Source: a virus
DNA: 64,000 nt
Direction: 5' to 3' (one strand)
IMG/VR virus record: IMGVR_UViG_3300045988_137032
Coordinates: 197,693 to 261,692 of that record
The translations under genes and the position numbers were made by a program. The notes under the pieces were generated by a model, which saw nothing but the letters and a program-made list of their open reading frames with translations, had not been told where the DNA came from and ran no database searches. This document shows positions 63,060 to 64,000 of this stretch, piece after piece; positions within the stretch are counted from its first letter, which is position 1, and each line of letters begins with the position of its first letter.

Positions 63060-63638
63060 ATGAAAGAGATTAAGACTGTCGCATCTGTTCTGGAATCCAT
63101 TCGCCCCAATCCGGCTGTTAAGGACAACGGCAAGACGAACCACAACCGGTTCTCTAAGAAGGCTTTCAATGAGCTGCTGACCGCCATGGTCAACGACCCT
63201 GATTTCACCACTGACTTTGCAGTTTCTGCAAAGGGTGAGCTGAAGAGCGTTGAGGAGATCCGCGTCACTGAGGGCTTCCGCAAGTGGCTGCAGAAGGTCG
63301 TTGAGATTGCTGGCATTGATAAGGCCGAGTCCGCTGTCGTGCTGAGCAAGGACTTCGTCATTCCTAACATGGATGGCCTCTACGAGCTGTTTACCACGGC
63401 TATGTACGAGTACATGAAGAATGGCAGCCGTTTCGACATGATTCCCAAGAAGGATTTCAAGGCATCCTTCGCAATGAACAAAAAGGCTCCCAAGACCAAG
63501 ACTGGCACCCTGCTGAATCCCAGCACGGGTGAAGTCCTGGGTACCTACTCTACCGATATGGCAGAGCATTGGGAAGCCAGTGTTAAGTCCAGCTGCCCGA
63601 ACTGGATGAAGAAGCGCATGAAGACTCTGAAGAAGTAA
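63060..63638 (+). CDS. HU/IHF-like (DNABII-like) DNA-binding protein with ~85-aa N-terminal extension
   Basis: C-terminal half 'GIDKAESAVV...YMKNGSRFDMIPKKDFKASFAMNKKAPKTKTGTLLNPSTGEVLGTYSTDMAEHWEASVKSS' aligns by eye with HU 'LSKKDATKAV...[50 protein letters not shown]'. Strong G/C-ending codon bias. Strong terminator downstream. Confidence 0.5.
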   Translation: MKEIKTVASVLESIRPNPAVKDNGKTNHNRFSKKAFNELLTAMVNDPDFTTDFAVSAKGELKSVEEIRVTEGFRKWLQKVVEIAGIDKAESAVVLSKDFVIPNMDGLYELFTTAMYEYMKNGSRFDMIPKKDFKASFAMNKKAPKTKTGTLLNPSTGEVLGTYSTDMAEHWEASVKSSCPNWMKKRMKTLKK

Positions 63639-63672
63639 TCTTCTTTAGGGAGAACCCGAAGGGCATACAAAA

Positions 63673-63715
63673 ACAGATGCTATGATAATAAAATTCATAG
63701 CATCTGTTTTTTTTT
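63673..63715 (+). terminator. intrinsic terminator after the HU-like gene
   Basis: 13-bp stem acagatgctatga/tcatagcatctgt plus T9. Confidence 0.85.
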
Positions 63716-63727
63716 GTAATGACATGG

Positions 63728-63775
63728 AATAGCCTACTATAGATTCTTGTTCGAATGAATCTATAGTAGGCTATT
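63728..63775. terminator. second hairpin (19-bp stem)
   Basis: aatagcctactatagattc/gaatctatagtaggctatt. Confidence 0.55.
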
Positions 63776-63942
63776 TCTGATTGAAAGGTTTTCCATATAT
63801 CTTACCACAGGCAAGACAAATTGAAGGATATGAATGATTCTCCAAGTGTTCACTTTCCGACCAGCGCGACTTGGTATGGAAAAAAGCTACTGGCAAGAAT
63901 CTGCATTCATTACCTCTGTGTTGCGAAATGGATGGAAAATAA

Positions 63943-64000
63943 ATTTTACCGTAAAGTCTCGAATTATAATGATATATTATAAATGCGAATAATAAGAAGG
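63943..64000. repeat. 58-bp module, inverted partner of 17566-17623 (may extend past window end)
   Basis: attttaccgtaaagtctcgaattataatgatatattataaatgcgaataataagaagg; a perfect match that runs to the window edge. Confidence 0.9.
63965..63982 (+). promoter_or_regulatory. promoter-like palindrome TATAATGATATATTATAA at window edge
   Basis: Part of the 58-bp inverted copy of 17566-17623. It would fire rightward into sequence beyond the window. Confidence 0.4.

Noticed and set aside
63790-63942. Minus-strand Cys/His-containing frame ('...NECRFLPVAFFHTKSRWSESEHLENHSYPSICLACGKIYGKPFNQK*') resembling the small zinc-ribbon ORF at 8548..8727
   Set aside because: No ATG, GTG or TTG start lies in frame within the window. 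The frame would have to run through the 58-bp module, which is non-coding at its other copy. It cannot be supported without sequence beyond the window end.
1-64000. tRNA or rRNA genes
   Set aside because: I scanned intergenic regions for T-loop-like GTTCGAATC/GTTCAAATC contexts and cloverleaf-sized GC-rich blocks. The only 'gttcgaat' (about 63749) is the loop of a simple 19-bp hairpin. A tRNAscan run would still be needed for certainty.

Overview
This window is a 64-kb stretch of a large (jumbo-type) tailed dsDNA phage genome. It is low in GC and holds about 66 tightly packed protein genes, roughly 80% on the minus strand. Nearly all genes have a strong GGAGG-type Shine-Dalgarno, which suggests a Firmicutes-like host. 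I recognised no rRNA, tRNA, CRISPR array, integrase or transposase. Genes recognisable from motifs read by eye: Rad50/SbcC-like ATPase (5'-truncated by the window edge); MazG-like NTP pyrophosphatase; the N-terminal half of a split multisubunit RNA polymerase beta-like subunit; NAD-dependent DNA ligase; SF1B Dda/RecD-like helicase; RecA/UvsX-like recombinase; T4 gp21-like prohead protease; both type IIA topoisomerase subunits; a tubulin/FtsZ-family GTPase; an atypical protein-kinase-like protein; a classic-clade AAA+ ATPase; Mre11/SbcD-like nuclease; guanylate-kinase-like NMP kinase; an LL-H-type holin-like protein; and an extended HU/IHF-like protein. About two thirds of the ORFs are orphans. 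These include a 1000-aa hyper-acidic protein, a 1290-aa protein with an internal tandem duplication, a four-member paralog family, a pair of HNH-like paralogs and several small membrane or Cys-rich proteins. DNA-level features: a recurrent AT-rich near-palindromic promoter-like core (ATATATTATAT, at least 11 copies); many intrinsic terminators; two duplicated regulatory modules; and a 3.1-kb low-coding island (46.4-49.5 kb). The island contains a GC-rich structured non-coding segment, a cluster of 17-bp iteron-like repeats, one AT-rich orphan gene and a ~90-nt polypurine tract. The most interesting candidates are the tubulin operon with its orphan partners, the iteron/structured-RNA island, and the AAA+/kinase-like/hyper-acidic operon. 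All family assignments come from motif recognition in the provided translations. No database search or folding computation was run.
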